NCBI GenBank assembly: GCA_902761475.1
Contig: CACWKM010000001.1
Coordinates: 1 to 39,948 of the forward strand
Direction of reading: 5' to 3'
Source: an uncultured Bacteroidales bacterium
GTDB lineage: Bacteria; Bacteroidota; Bacteroidia; Bacteroidales; Muribaculaceae
Length of the DNA stretch: 39,948 nt
Every line of letters starts with the position of its first letter. Position 1 is the stretch's first letter. The notes beneath the pieces were generated by a model, which saw nothing but the letters and a program-made list of their open reading frames with translations, did no database searches and was not told the DNA's origin. A program made the translations under genes and the position numbers. Below are positions 17,404-26,256 of the stretch, in pieces.

Positions 17404-19341
17404 ATGAAATTACATAAGTTATTGATAGCAGCATCGCTGGTTCTGTTAGGTGTCACAAGTTGCGACAACTACCTCGACGTGAACCGCAACGAAGATGCGC
17501 CCGACTATGTGGATGGTTACCTCTATCTCGCTGGTATCCAGCAGGCCTACCAGGGTCAGTACTGGGATATCCGCGCCGTGGGCCCACTCACTCAGATGAT
17601 GGGTACTACCAGTTACTCCAACTTCGCTGCCCACTACTACACGGCTGGCAGTGATGCCGCCGGCGAAATGTGGCGCACCGTATATTGGCTCCAGGGCATG
17701 AACTTGGAGAACATGATCAACCAGAGTGTCGCAGCCGAGAACTGGACACTCGCCGGAATAGGTTTGGCCATGAAGGCCTACTCATGGGATGTGCTCACCA
17801 AGTATCATGGCGAACTCCCCTTGACCGACGCCTATGTGCCTGGTCTGCTCTCGCACCGCTACGACTATCAGCCCGAAATCTACGCACAAGTGCGCCAGTG
17901 GGCTCGTCAAGCCATCGAATATCTTGAGAAAGAGGACAACTCCAACTATGGCACCAAGATTTCGAGCAACGACTTCATCTATGGTGGCGACAAGAGCAAG
18001 TGGATCAAGTTTGCTTACACCGTGATTGTGCGCAACCTTGCTTCGCTCACCAACAAGAAAGACTTCAACGAGAAGTACTATGCCGAACTCGTGGAGGCTG
18101 CCGGCAAGGCCTTTGGCAGCAACGCAGACAACGCCGCCGTGAAACTCGCTGGTGGTGGCGCCACCGCTGCCTATAGCGCTTACAACAACTTCTGGGGCAC
18201 CACCCGTGGCAACCTCGTGCAGAGTTACTTCCCCCACGAGTATGCCGTGGAGGTGATGACCGGCCGCGTGCCCAAGTACGACGCCAGTGGCAACTGGATT
18301 GAGGCTCCCAACAGCGACGTGGCCAACCTGCGCTACGAAATCGCCGATGAGCAAATCATCTGCGACACGCTCGAGGAAGTGGGTCACTTCGACCCCCGTC
18401 CGCTTGCTAAACTCTCGACCAAGAGCGGACGTCTGCTCGAGGCCAACGAGACCGACCTGGCCAAACTCAAAAAGTATGTGTTCTTCGGTGGCACGTTCAC
18501 CGGCACGCAGAGCAGTTTCTTGAACAACAGCAAGTGCGACCCCGACGGTGGCAACGATGCCAACGTGCCGGGCTTCCACAACATTCCTGCTGCAACGACC
18601 ACCATCAACGAGACCAACGCTGGCGAGGGACGCTGGATCTATCGCAACGATGCTCCTTACATCCTCACCACCTATGCCGAGGTGCTCTTTGACCTGGCCG
18701 AGGCTCAGTTTGTGCACGGCGACAAGGCTGCTGCTCTCGAGACTTGGAAGAAGGCTGTGGCTGCCGACCTGGAGTTCACCGCTTCCTACATCGTTCCGGG
18801 CAAGGCCATCAAGAATGGCGACAAGGTCACTGGCCACGAGGGCGACATCGTGAACAAGGCCGACTTCAACACCTTGGCTGCCCAGTATCTTGCTGGTCCC
18901 TATGTGGGCGGCATGACCCTCAACAAGTTCACCCTCTCGCACATCATGATGCAGAAGTTCGTGGCCCTCTTCCCCTGGGGCGCTCACGAGGCTTGGGTGG
19001 ATCAGCGCAAGTATCAGTACGACATCGTCCACAGTGGCGACTATCCCAAGTTTGCCAACGGTTGGGACCTGACGATGGTCAACCAGAAACTCGACAGCGA
19101 CCCCACCAAGGTGTTCAAGGGCTTCTATCTGGCTCCGGCACAGGTGCAGGGACGCAAGGGCACCTACAACAAGTTTAACGAAGGTTCGCCTTGCTTCCGC
19201 GTGCGTCCGCGCTACAACTCCGAGTACATGTGGAACTTGCCTAGCCTCAAGGGCCTCAAGCCCATCGCTGGCGATGCCGACAACTACCAGTGCTCGATGC
19301 CGTGGTTTGCTTATCCTGGTGATATGCCCTCAGCATTATAA
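17404..19341 (+). CDS. SusD/RagB family (SusD-like_2 type) lipoprotein
   Basis: Lipobox VTSC then DNYLDVN; YGGDKSKWIKFA, LTTYAEVLFDLAEA and IMMQKFVAL...EAWVDQR motifs; directly follows susC. Confidence 0.92.
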   Translation: MKLHKLLIAASLVLLGVTSCDNYLDVNRNEDAPDYVDGYLYLAGIQQAYQGQYWDIRAVGPLTQMMGTTSYSNFAAHYYTAGSDAAGEMWRTVYWLQGMNLENMINQSVAAENWTLAGIGLAMKAYSWDVLTKYHGELPLTDAYVPGLLSHRYDYQPEIYAQVRQWARQAIEYLEKEDNSNYGTKISSNDFIYGGDKSKWIKFAYTVIVRNLASLTNKKDFNEKYYAELVEAAGKAFGSNADNAAVKLAGGGATAAYSAYNNFWGTTRGNLVQSYFPHEYAVEVMTGRVPKYDASGNWIEAPNSDVANLRYEIADEQIICDTLEEVGHFDPRPLAKLSTKSGRLLEANETDLAKLKKYVFFGGTFTGTQSSFLNNSKCDPDGGNDANVPGFHNIPAATTTINETNAGEGRWIYRNDAPYILTTYAEVLFDLAEAQFVHGDKAAALETWKKAVAADLEFTASYIVPGKAIKNGDKVTGHEGDIVNKADFNTLAAQYLAGPYVGGMTLNKFTLSHIMMQKFVALFPWGAHEAWVDQRKYQYDIVHSGDYPKFANGWDLTMVNQKLDSDPTKVFKGFYLAPAQVQGRKGTYNKFNEGSPCFRVRPRYNSEYMWNLPSLKGLKPIAGDADNYQCSMPWFAYPGDMPSAL

Positions 19342-19375
19342 TTGTTTAACCAATTAAGCATTTATTCAAAACACT

Positions 19376-20305
19376 ATGAAATATTTGAAATATATCTTCA
19401 TGGCACTCACGGTAGCCTTTGTTGCCACATCGTGCGACAAGCGGGATCCCGACTTCAACGCTGAGCATGTGAGCAGCGACAAGGCCGAGGTGCAGGTGTT
19501 CCTCATGACCCCCATCCAGAACGTGTCCGCAAACTATGTGCACGCCGTGATTTTGAACGACGATGTCCACGCCAACAATGGTTCGGCGCTGCTGAACCCC
19601 TACAATGGCGCTCCTGGCGGAACGACTGGTGCTTACTGGACCGTGCCTGCTGGCAACACCCGCGTGCGCTTGCAGCGCGCCACACCGCGCACCGAGAGAA
19701 TCCTCGACTGGCAAAAGCCTGTCTTGGACGATGGCACCGAGAACTGGAAGGACACCACCTACTACGACTATGAGACCATCTACGACAAAGTCGTGACCGG
19801 CCTCGAGGGCGGCAAGAAGTACTTTGTCTTCGTCTATGACTTCGACAAGGCACCCATGGCCATCGACCAACTCGAGCCCCCCACGCAGACGTCGACCAAC
19901 ACTGCCGAGTATGCTGCAGTGCGTTTCATCAACTTCATGTGGGAGAATCCTACCACACCCTATGCTGGCAAGGTGCAACTGCGCATGCAGGACGCCACCA
20001 CCAAGGAGTATATCAACACCTGCGACCCCATCGGCTTCGGCGAGGCCACAGAATGGTTCATGCCCAGCGTGATCAAGACCTCCTTCAACTCGGGTGGCTC
20101 GCAGCGTCGTGACCTCGACGTGGCTGTCGTTAACGAGGCTGGCGAGGTGGGAGAGCGCATGCTCTACACCAACTCCAAGGGTAACAAGGTGGGCTTCACC
20201 GACTACTGGACGCTGTACATCGGCCGTGGCTATGTGTGGATTCTCTACGGAACCCGCGACGTTACTGTCCAGCCCGTGGCAATCCGTCAGTGGACGCTCC
20301 GCTAA
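19376..20305 (+). CDS. Surface lipoprotein, accessory to SusC/SusD pair (beta-sandwich, function unknown)
   Basis: Lipobox VATSC, same codon style as susCD, repeated V(Q/R)(V/F)(F/I) beta-strand segments; last gene before a terminator. Confidence 0.8.
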   Translation: MKYLKYIFMALTVAFVATSCDKRDPDFNAEHVSSDKAEVQVFLMTPIQNVSANYVHAVILNDDVHANNGSALLNPYNGAPGGTTGAYWTVPAGNTRVRLQRATPRTERILDWQKPVLDDGTENWKDTTYYDYETIYDKVVTGLEGGKKYFVFVYDFDKAPMAIDQLEPPTQTSTNTAEYAAVRFINFMWENPTTPYAGKVQLRMQDATTKEYINTCDPIGFGEATEWFMPSVIKTSFNSGGSQRRDLDVAVVNEAGEVGERMLYTNSKGNKVGFTDYWTLYIGRGYVWILYGTRDVTVQPVAIRQWTLR

Positions 20306-20352
20306 TCGTAGCATCTAACCAAACTCCACCGCGAGTTTGACAACCACTACCC

Positions 20353-20394
20353 GCAGGGGTGCACGACCACTCGGTCATGCACCCCTGCTCTTTT
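20353..20394 (+). terminator. Intrinsic terminator of plus-strand susC-susD-lipoprotein operon
   Basis: GCAGGGGTGCA...TGCACCCCTGC stem followed by TCTTTT. Confidence 0.85.
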
Positions 20395-20438
20395 ATCTAC
20401 CCCAATGACATCTCAAAAGTAGTGAAAATGCAGCAATC

Positions 20439-20980
20439 GAGCAAGTCGACAGCAAGGGGGTCGCCGCAGGCGACAGACGATAGTTGATACGACTACCCCC
20501 CAGTGAAAGCAACCTGCTCGCCGAGGCTCGCTCGGTCGCTTTTACTGGGGGTTACTCAGCGGGCACCCTCCGGGTGCGACGGCACCATCGCCACACACAA
20601 GGCGGCACTTCCACTGGGTGCTACGGCATCAGCGCCAGCACTCCTCCATTTGTGCTGCCACCATGTGAGGGTCGTCACCGGCATGAGGTAACTCCTCGCC
20701 CGGAGGGCGACCTTTGAGTAACCCCCAGTGAAGGCGGTCGAGCGAGCCCAGCGAGCGGGCCGCTTTCACTGGGGGGTGATAGCACTGCCATCATCTGTCG
20801 CCTGCGGCGACCACCTTGCCAGCGACTTGCTCAACTGGGGGTGCGACGGCACTATCGCCCTACGCGCAGCGGACACATCCGCTGGGGGCGGCAGATGGAC
20901 TCAATACCGCCAGCAAGGCAGCCTCCACCGGCATGAGGTAACTCCTCGCCCGGAGGGCGACCACCTTGCCAGCGACTTGC
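20439..20980. repeat. Nested palindromic mosaic element (REP/BIME- or MITE-like)
   Basis: ~135-bp imperfect inverted repeat 20439-20574 / 20699-20832. Identical 37-bp direct repeats at 20676-20712 and 20926-20962. 25-bp repeat at 20806-20830 / 20956-20980. Confidence 0.85.
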
Positions 20981-20986
20981 AATAAC

Positions 20987-21018
20987 AAAGGGTGCCTCGA
21001 CAATGCGAAGCACCCTTT
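20987..21018 (-). terminator. Terminator hairpin downstream of mscL (possibly bidirectional)
   Basis: AAAGGGTGC...GCACCCTTT stem with A/T-rich flanks. Confidence 0.75.
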
Positions 21019-21043
21019 ATTGATTGACAGAAGCCGCTCTCGA

Positions 21044-21478
21044 TTACTTGTCCTTCTTGAGCAGGTCGCGAATCTCACCCAGCAACTTCTCCTCGGCACT
21101 GGGCTCGGGCTCGGCTGCGGGCTCCTCGGCTTTCTTGCGAGTGAGTTTGTTCATGGCCTTAATCATGAAGAAGATACACAACGCCACGATGAGGAAGTCG
21201 ATGATGTTCTGGATGAAAGCACCCCAAGCAAACATCGACACGCCGGCCTCCTTCAAGGCAGCATAGTTGTGGGCCACGCCATCGGGCACCTCGCCCATGA
21301 TGACAAACTTGTTGGTAAAGTCCACGCCGCCCATTGCAAGGCTCACCACCGGCATAATCACATCGTTGACCAGACTGGTTACAATCTTGCCAAAAGCACC
21401 GCCAATGATCACACCAACAGCCATGTCCATCACGTTGCCCTTCATGGCAAACTCCTTAAATTCTTTGATAAATCCCAT
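21044..21478 (-). CDS. mscL: Large-conductance mechanosensitive channel
   Basis: [38 protein letters not shown] and C-terminal LLGEIRDLL. Confidence 0.98.
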   Translation of the reverse strand: MGFIKEFKEFAMKGNVMDMAVGVIIGGAFGKIVTSLVNDVIMPVVSLAMGGVDFTNKFVIMGEVPDGVAHNYAALKEAGVSMFAWGAFIQNIIDFLIVALCIFFMIKAMNKLTRKKAEEPAAEPEPSAEEKLLGEIRDLLKKDK

Positions 21479-21617
21479 TGTTTTTTAATCCTTTTTATGG
21501 TTAATAATGAGTGAATTATCGAGTGTCGTGTGCCGCACGAACTATTAAACAATCTTAATTATGGAAATTTTTCCATTTTTTGTGCGGCAACATGATTGTA
21601 ATAGAAAACATTTTTCG

Positions 21618-21625
21618 TAAATTTG
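21618..21625 (+). promoter_or_regulatory. -7 promoter element TAAATTTG for gap
   Basis: Exact TAnnTTTG; ATTG 19 bp upstream as a -33-like element. Confidence 0.65.
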
Positions 21626-21648
21626 CATGTGCGAAACTACTTTCATTG

Positions 21649-21656
21649 CAAAGATA
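21649..21656 (-). promoter_or_regulatory. -7 promoter element TATCTTTG, likely for mscL
   Basis: CAAAGATA on + strand; points toward mscL. Confidence 0.5.
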
Positions 21657-21719
21657 CGCATTATTTATAAATTTTGAGCATTATTAACCATTTAACTTAA
21701 CTATTTTAATAAACAAATT

Positions 21720-22748
21720 ATGACAAAAGTTGCTATTAACGGCTTTGGCCGTATCGGTCGTCTCGCTTTCCGTCAAATGTTCGAGGCCGAGGGTTATGAA
21801 GTAATCGCTATCAACGACCTTACCAGCCCCAAGATGCTTGCTCACCTTCTCAAGTATGACACCGCTCAGGGTGGCTTCGCTGGCAAGTTTGGCGAAGGCA
21901 AGCACACGGTTGAAGCAACCGACAACTCTATCATTGTCGACGGCAAAGAGATTACCATCTATGCCAAGCCCAACGCTGCCGAACTCCCCTGGGGCGAACT
22001 CGGTGTTGATGTAGTGCTCGAGTGCACCGGCTTCTACACCTCGAAGGCAAAATCGGAAGCACACATTCAGGCTGGCGCCAAGAAGGTTGTCATCTCGGCT
22101 CCCGCAGGCAACGACCTCCCCACTATTGTCTATAACGTGAACCACAAAACGCTGACCCCCGCCGACACCATCATCTCGGCTGCTTCTTGCACCACCAACT
22201 GCTTGGCTCCCATGGCCGCTGCACTGAACGCCTATGCGCCCATCTGCTCCGGTATCATGTCGACCATCCACGCCTACACTGGCGACCAGATGATTCTCGA
22301 CGGCCCGCAACGCAAGGGTGACCTCCGTCGCTCGCGCGCTGGTGCTTGCAACATCGTTCCCAACTCGACCGGCGCTGCCAAGGCTATCGGTCTGGTTATC
22401 CCCGAACTCAATGGCAAACTCATCGGCTCGGCACAACGCGTTCCCACCCCCACTGGCTCGACCACTATCCTGATCGCTGTTGTCAAGGGTAAAGACATCA
22501 CCGTTGAGGGCATCAACGCTGCCATGAAGGCTGCTGGCTCCGAGAGTTTCGGCTACACCGAGGACCAAATCGTTTCGTCCGACATCATCGGCATGAAGTT
22601 CGGTTCGCTCTTCGACGCTACCCAGACCATGGTTTCGAAGATTGACGACGAGACCTATCAAGTGCAGGTTGTGTCGTGGTACGACAACGAGAACTCCTAC
22701 ACCTCGCAGATGGTTCGCACCATTAAGTATCTTGCTGAATTGAAGTAA
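21720..22748 (+). CDS. gap: Type I glyceraldehyde-3-phosphate dehydrogenase
   Basis: INGFGRIGR, active-site [20 protein letters not shown] and SWYDNE; strongly biased highly-expressed codon usage. Confidence 0.98.
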   Translation: MTKVAINGFGRIGRLAFRQMFEAEGYEVIAINDLTSPKMLAHLLKYDTAQGGFAGKFGEGKHTVEATDNSIIVDGKEITIYAKPNAAELPWGELGVDVVLECTGFYTSKAKSEAHIQAGAKKVVISAPAGNDLPTIVYNVNHKTLTPADTIISAASCTTNCLAPMAAALNAYAPICSGIMSTIHAYTGDQMILDGPQRKGDLRRSRAGACNIVPNSTGAAKAIGLVIPELNGKLIGSAQRVPTPTGSTTILIAVVKGKDITVEGINAAMKAAGSESFGYTEDQIVSSDIIGMKFGSLFDATQTMVSKIDDETYQVQVVSWYDNENSYTSQMVRTIKYLAELK

Positions 22749-22778
22749 TCGATTCTCGCAGATTCAAGACAACACATG

Positions 22779-22817
22779 CTGCCCTGCGCACTGAGCGATG
22801 CGCGGGGCAGTTTTTTT
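22779..22817 (+). terminator. Intrinsic terminator of gap
   Basis: CTGCCCTGCGCA...TGCGCGGGGCAG stem followed by T7. Confidence 0.9.
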
Positions 22818-22873
22818 GTCTATAAAATGAGCCGTTTCGTCTAAATTCTGTTGCCCATTCTGCTCACTTGGGC

Positions 22874-22881
22874 TATCTTTG
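22874..22881 (+). promoter_or_regulatory. -7 promoter element TATCTTTG for efflux operon
   Basis: Exact TAnnTTTG 32 bp upstream of ATG 22914. Confidence 0.65.
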
Positions 22882-22913
22882 TAGTTGCGAATCAACATTT
22901 TCAACACATCATC

Positions 22914-24242
22914 ATGACCTCACGACACATTCTCGCCGCCATAGCCTTGACGTTCGCCCTGTGCGCCCAGGCACAATCGTGGACGCTGCAACAATGCATC
23001 GACTGGGCGCGTGAGCACAGCATCACGGTGGCCAAGAACCGCGTGACCGCCGAGCAAGCGAAAATCGACCTCAAGGATGCGCGCGCCAACCGCCTGCCCA
23101 CCGTCTCGTTCACCACACGACAAGAATACAGCAACCGCCCCTTCCAGAGCAACTCGAGCCGCATCGTGGGCGACGATGTGGTGACCATCGACAACAAGAA
23201 CGTGTATAGCGGCAGTTACGGCATCAACGCCTCCATGCCCCTCTACGACGGCGGCAAGACGGGCAACACCATCAAGCGACAAGAACTGAACACCCAGATT
23301 GCCCAACTGCGCGTGGACGCCGCACAACTCACCATCGAGGAGGACATCGCCACCATCTATGTGCAACTGCTCTATGCCCAAGAAACCGTGGTGCAGGACC
23401 AGTTGCAGGTGGCACTCAGCGAGCAACAACTCGAGCGCGGCAAAGCAGTGTTTCAAGCCGGCATGCTCAACCGCGCCGACGTGTCGCAACTGGAGTCGCA
23501 ACTCGCCAACGACCGCTACCAACTGGTGGCCGACCAAATGGCCGTGGCCGACTACAAACTGCGCCTGAAGCAACTGCTGGAACTCGACGGCGACACGACC
23601 ATCACTATTGCCGACCCCATGCTCACCGCCGACGTGCTGGCGCCCCTGCCGCTCAAGAGCGAGGTCTATGCCGCCGCAGTGACGCAACGGCCCGAAGTGC
23701 GCGCACAGCAACTCGCCATCGACTGCAACGACATCGACGTGAAAATAGCGCGTGCGTCAAAATTGCCACAAATCACCCTGAACGCCGGACTGAGCAGCAG
23801 CAACAGTTCGGGCAACGGCAACATGTTCACCCAACTCAAGAACCAGTGGAACAACTCGGTGGGCGTGACGCTGAACGTGCCCATCTGGGACCACGGCCGC
23901 GCCAACAACGCCATGGCGCGGGCGCGCCTCGACCGCGAGACGGCACTGCTCAACCTGAGCGAAACACAAAAAAACCTGTGGCGCACCATCGAAAACTACT
24001 GGCAAAACGCCACCAGCGCACAGCAACGCTACATCGCCGCGCAGCAAAAGGTGGAGGCCGCGCGCACCAGTTTTGAACTCACCAGCGAACAATTCAGGCT
24101 GGGACTGAAAAACATCCTCGAACTCACCACCGACAAGACGCTCTACAGCGCCAGCGTGCAGCAAATGCTGCAAGCCAAGTACATGGCCATCCTCAACGCG
24201 GCGCTACTGCGCTACTACGGCGGGCAAAGCATCGCACTGTAA
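22914..24242 (+). CDS. TolC family outer-membrane efflux protein
   Basis: Signal peptide MTSRHIL..AQA, WTLQQCIDWA, two OEP repeats (RLPTVS...PLYDGG; KLPQITL...PIWDHG). Start moved to ATG 22914. Confidence 0.92.
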   Translation: MTSRHILAAIALTFALCAQAQSWTLQQCIDWAREHSITVAKNRVTAEQAKIDLKDARANRLPTVSFTTRQEYSNRPFQSNSSRIVGDDVVTIDNKNVYSGSYGINASMPLYDGGKTGNTIKRQELNTQIAQLRVDAAQLTIEEDIATIYVQLLYAQETVVQDQLQVALSEQQLERGKAVFQAGMLNRADVSQLESQLANDRYQLVADQMAVADYKLRLKQLLELDGDTTITIADPMLTADVLAPLPLKSEVYAAAVTQRPEVRAQQLAIDCNDIDVKIARASKLPQITLNAGLSSSNSSGNGNMFTQLKNQWNNSVGVTLNVPIWDHGRANNAMARARLDRETALLNLSETQKNLWRTIENYWQNATSAQQRYIAAQQKVEAARTSFELTSEQFRLGLKNILELTTDKTLYSASVQQMLQAKYMAILNAALLRYYGGQSIAL

Positions 24243-24291
24243 CGCCCCACTCACACTACAACATTAACCTGCCAAACAAACACATCGCATA

Positions 24292-25491
24292 ATGAACAAA
24301 CGCAACATCATTCTCATCGTGGTGGCCGTGGTGGCCGTTGCCATCATCGCCATGAAGTGCTCGGGCAAGAAAAACGAGCAAGGGGTGGGGTTTGAGACCA
24401 TGAAGGTGTCGCGCACCGACATCACCACCAGCGTCACCGCCACCGGCACCGTCGAGGCCGTGACCACCGTCACCGTGGGTACTCAGGTGTCGGGCATCCT
24501 CAAGCACCTCTACGTGGACTACAACAGCCCCGTGCGCAAGGGACAGGTCATCGCCGAACTCGACCGCACCAACCTCGAGACCGAACTGGCCAGCGCGCAA
24601 GCCAACCTGCGCAGCGCCGAGGCCGACTTGCAGTATCAGCAGAAGAATTACGCCCGCTACTCCGAACTCAACCAGAAGCAACTGGTGAGCGCCAACGAGT
24701 ATGACGTGGCGCTGCAAAGTTATCGCCGCGCGCAAGAGAGCGTCAGGGTGGCACAGCAGAGCGTGAACCGAGCACGCACCAACCTGGGCTACGCCACCAT
24801 CTATTCGCCCATCGACGGCATCATCATCAGCAAGGAGGTGGAAGAAGGGCAAACCGTGGCCTCGTCGTTCAACACGCCCACGCTGTTCACCATCGCCAAG
24901 GACTTGAGCGACATGCAAGTGATTGCCAACGTCGATGAGGCCGACATCGGTAACGTGAAGGAAGGCCAGCGCGTCACCTTTGCCGTCGACGCGTTCCCCG
25001 ACGACACCTTCAACGGCACCGTGCGCCAGGTGCGACAAAAGGCCACAACCACCAACAACGTGGTGACCTATGAAGTCGTTATCAGCGCGCCTAACGGCGA
25101 CCTCAAACTCAAGCCGGGCCTCACCGCCAACGTCACCATCTACACGCTGGAGCGCAACGACGTGCTCGCCGTGCCCAGCAAGGCGCTGCGCTTCACCCCC
25201 GAGCCCACTATCCTGGGGCCGAAGTACAAGATTGTGGATGCGCCGGGCGAACACAAGGTGTGGACCCTCGAGGGATTCACCTTCAAGGCCCACAAAGTGA
25301 ACACCGGCATCACCGATGGCACGCACACGCAAATCATCGACGGCATCTCCGAGGGCACGACCATCGTCACCGACATCACCACGGGCGACGAGATGGAGCA
25401 GGAGCAAAACGGTGGCGGCAACTCGCCCTTCATGCCCGGCCCACGCCGCAACAACAAGAACGGCGGCAACAAGACGCCTCAGAAGAAGTGA
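24292..25491 (+). CDS. Efflux RND/MacA-type periplasmic adaptor subunit
   Basis: VTATGTVE, VGTQVSG, IYSPIDGII, VDEADIG and LKPGLTANV motifs. Confidence 0.93.
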   Translation: MNKRNIILIVVAVVAVAIIAMKCSGKKNEQGVGFETMKVSRTDITTSVTATGTVEAVTTVTVGTQVSGILKHLYVDYNSPVRKGQVIAELDRTNLETELASAQANLRSAEADLQYQQKNYARYSELNQKQLVSANEYDVALQSYRRAQESVRVAQQSVNRARTNLGYATIYSPIDGIIISKEVEEGQTVASSFNTPTLFTIAKDLSDMQVIANVDEADIGNVKEGQRVTFAVDAFPDDTFNGTVRQVRQKATTTNNVVTYEVVISAPNGDLKLKPGLTANVTIYTLERNDVLAVPSKALRFTPEPTILGPKYKIVDAPGEHKVWTLEGFTFKAHKVNTGITDGTHTQIIDGISEGTTIVTDITTGDEMEQEQNGGGNSPFMPGPRRNNKNGGNKTPQKK

Positions 25492-25492
25492 G

Positions 25493-26239
25493 ATGGAAAA
25501 GAAACCTGTCATCGAAATCAACAACATCCGGCGCGACTTCGTGGTAGGCGAGGAGGTGGTGCACGCCCTTCGCGGCGTGTCGTTCACCATTGGCGAGGGC
25601 GAGTTCGTCACCATCATGGGCACGTCGGGGTCGGGCAAATCCACGCTGCTCAACATCCTGGGTTGCCTCGACACGCCCACGCAGGGCGAGTACCTGCTCG
25701 ACGGCACCCCGGTGCGCACGATGAGTCGCTCGCAGCGCGCCGTGCTGCGCAACCGCAAGATTGGCTTCGTGTTCCAGAGTTACAACCTGCTGGCCAAGAC
25801 CACCGCCGTGGAAAACGTGGAGTTGCCGCTCATGTATAACTCGAGCGTGAGCGGCTCGGAACGCCGCGAGCGCGCCATCAGAGCCCTGCAACGCGTGGGG
25901 CTGGGCGACCGCCTCAACCACAAGTCCAACCAGATGAGCGGCGGACAGATGCAGCGCGTGGCCATCGCACGCGCACTCGTCAACGACCCCGCCGTCATAC
26001 TCGCCGACGAGGCCACCGGCAACCTCGACACGCGCACCAGTTTTGAAATCCTGGTGCTCTTCCAAGAGTTGCACCGCGAAGGACGAACCATCATCTTCGT
26101 CACGCACAACCCCGAGATTGCGCAGTACTCCAGCCGCAACATCATGTTGCGCGACGGCAAGGTGCGCGAGGACACCGTCAATCCGCACATCCTCGATGCC
26201 GCCGCACGCCTGGCCGAACTCCCCATCAACGACGACTAA
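25493..26239 (+). CDS. ABC transporter ATP-binding protein (MacB/LolD type)
   Basis: Walker A GTSGSGKST, signature MSGGQMQR, Walker B ILADEATGNLD, VTH. Start ATG 25493 follows the adaptor stop. Confidence 0.95.
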   Translation: MEKKPVIEINNIRRDFVVGEEVVHALRGVSFTIGEGEFVTIMGTSGSGKSTLLNILGCLDTPTQGEYLLDGTPVRTMSRSQRAVLRNRKIGFVFQSYNLLAKTTAVENVELPLMYNSSVSGSERRERAIRALQRVGLGDRLNHKSNQMSGGQMQRVAIARALVNDPAVILADEATGNLDTRTSFEILVLFQELHREGRTIIFVTHNPEIAQYSSRNIMLRDGKVREDTVNPHILDAAARLAELPINDD

Positions 26240-26256
26240 AAAATGGCACCGCGACA

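Noticed and set aside
8219-19032. Very long antisense ORFs (581, 937, 772, 416 aa) opposite susC/susD genes
   Set aside because: They mirror the real genes codon for codon. Strong codon bias avoids TTA/CTA/TCA on the sense strand and so removes antisense stops. No recognisable motifs.
20439-20980. CRISPR array interpretation of the 37-bp identical repeats
   Set aside because: Only two copies, 250 bp apart, embedded in larger palindromes; no regular spacers and no cas genes.
20484-21099. Short ORFs within the palindromic mosaic
   Set aside because: Alternative starts, no codon bias, products merely reflect the repeats.
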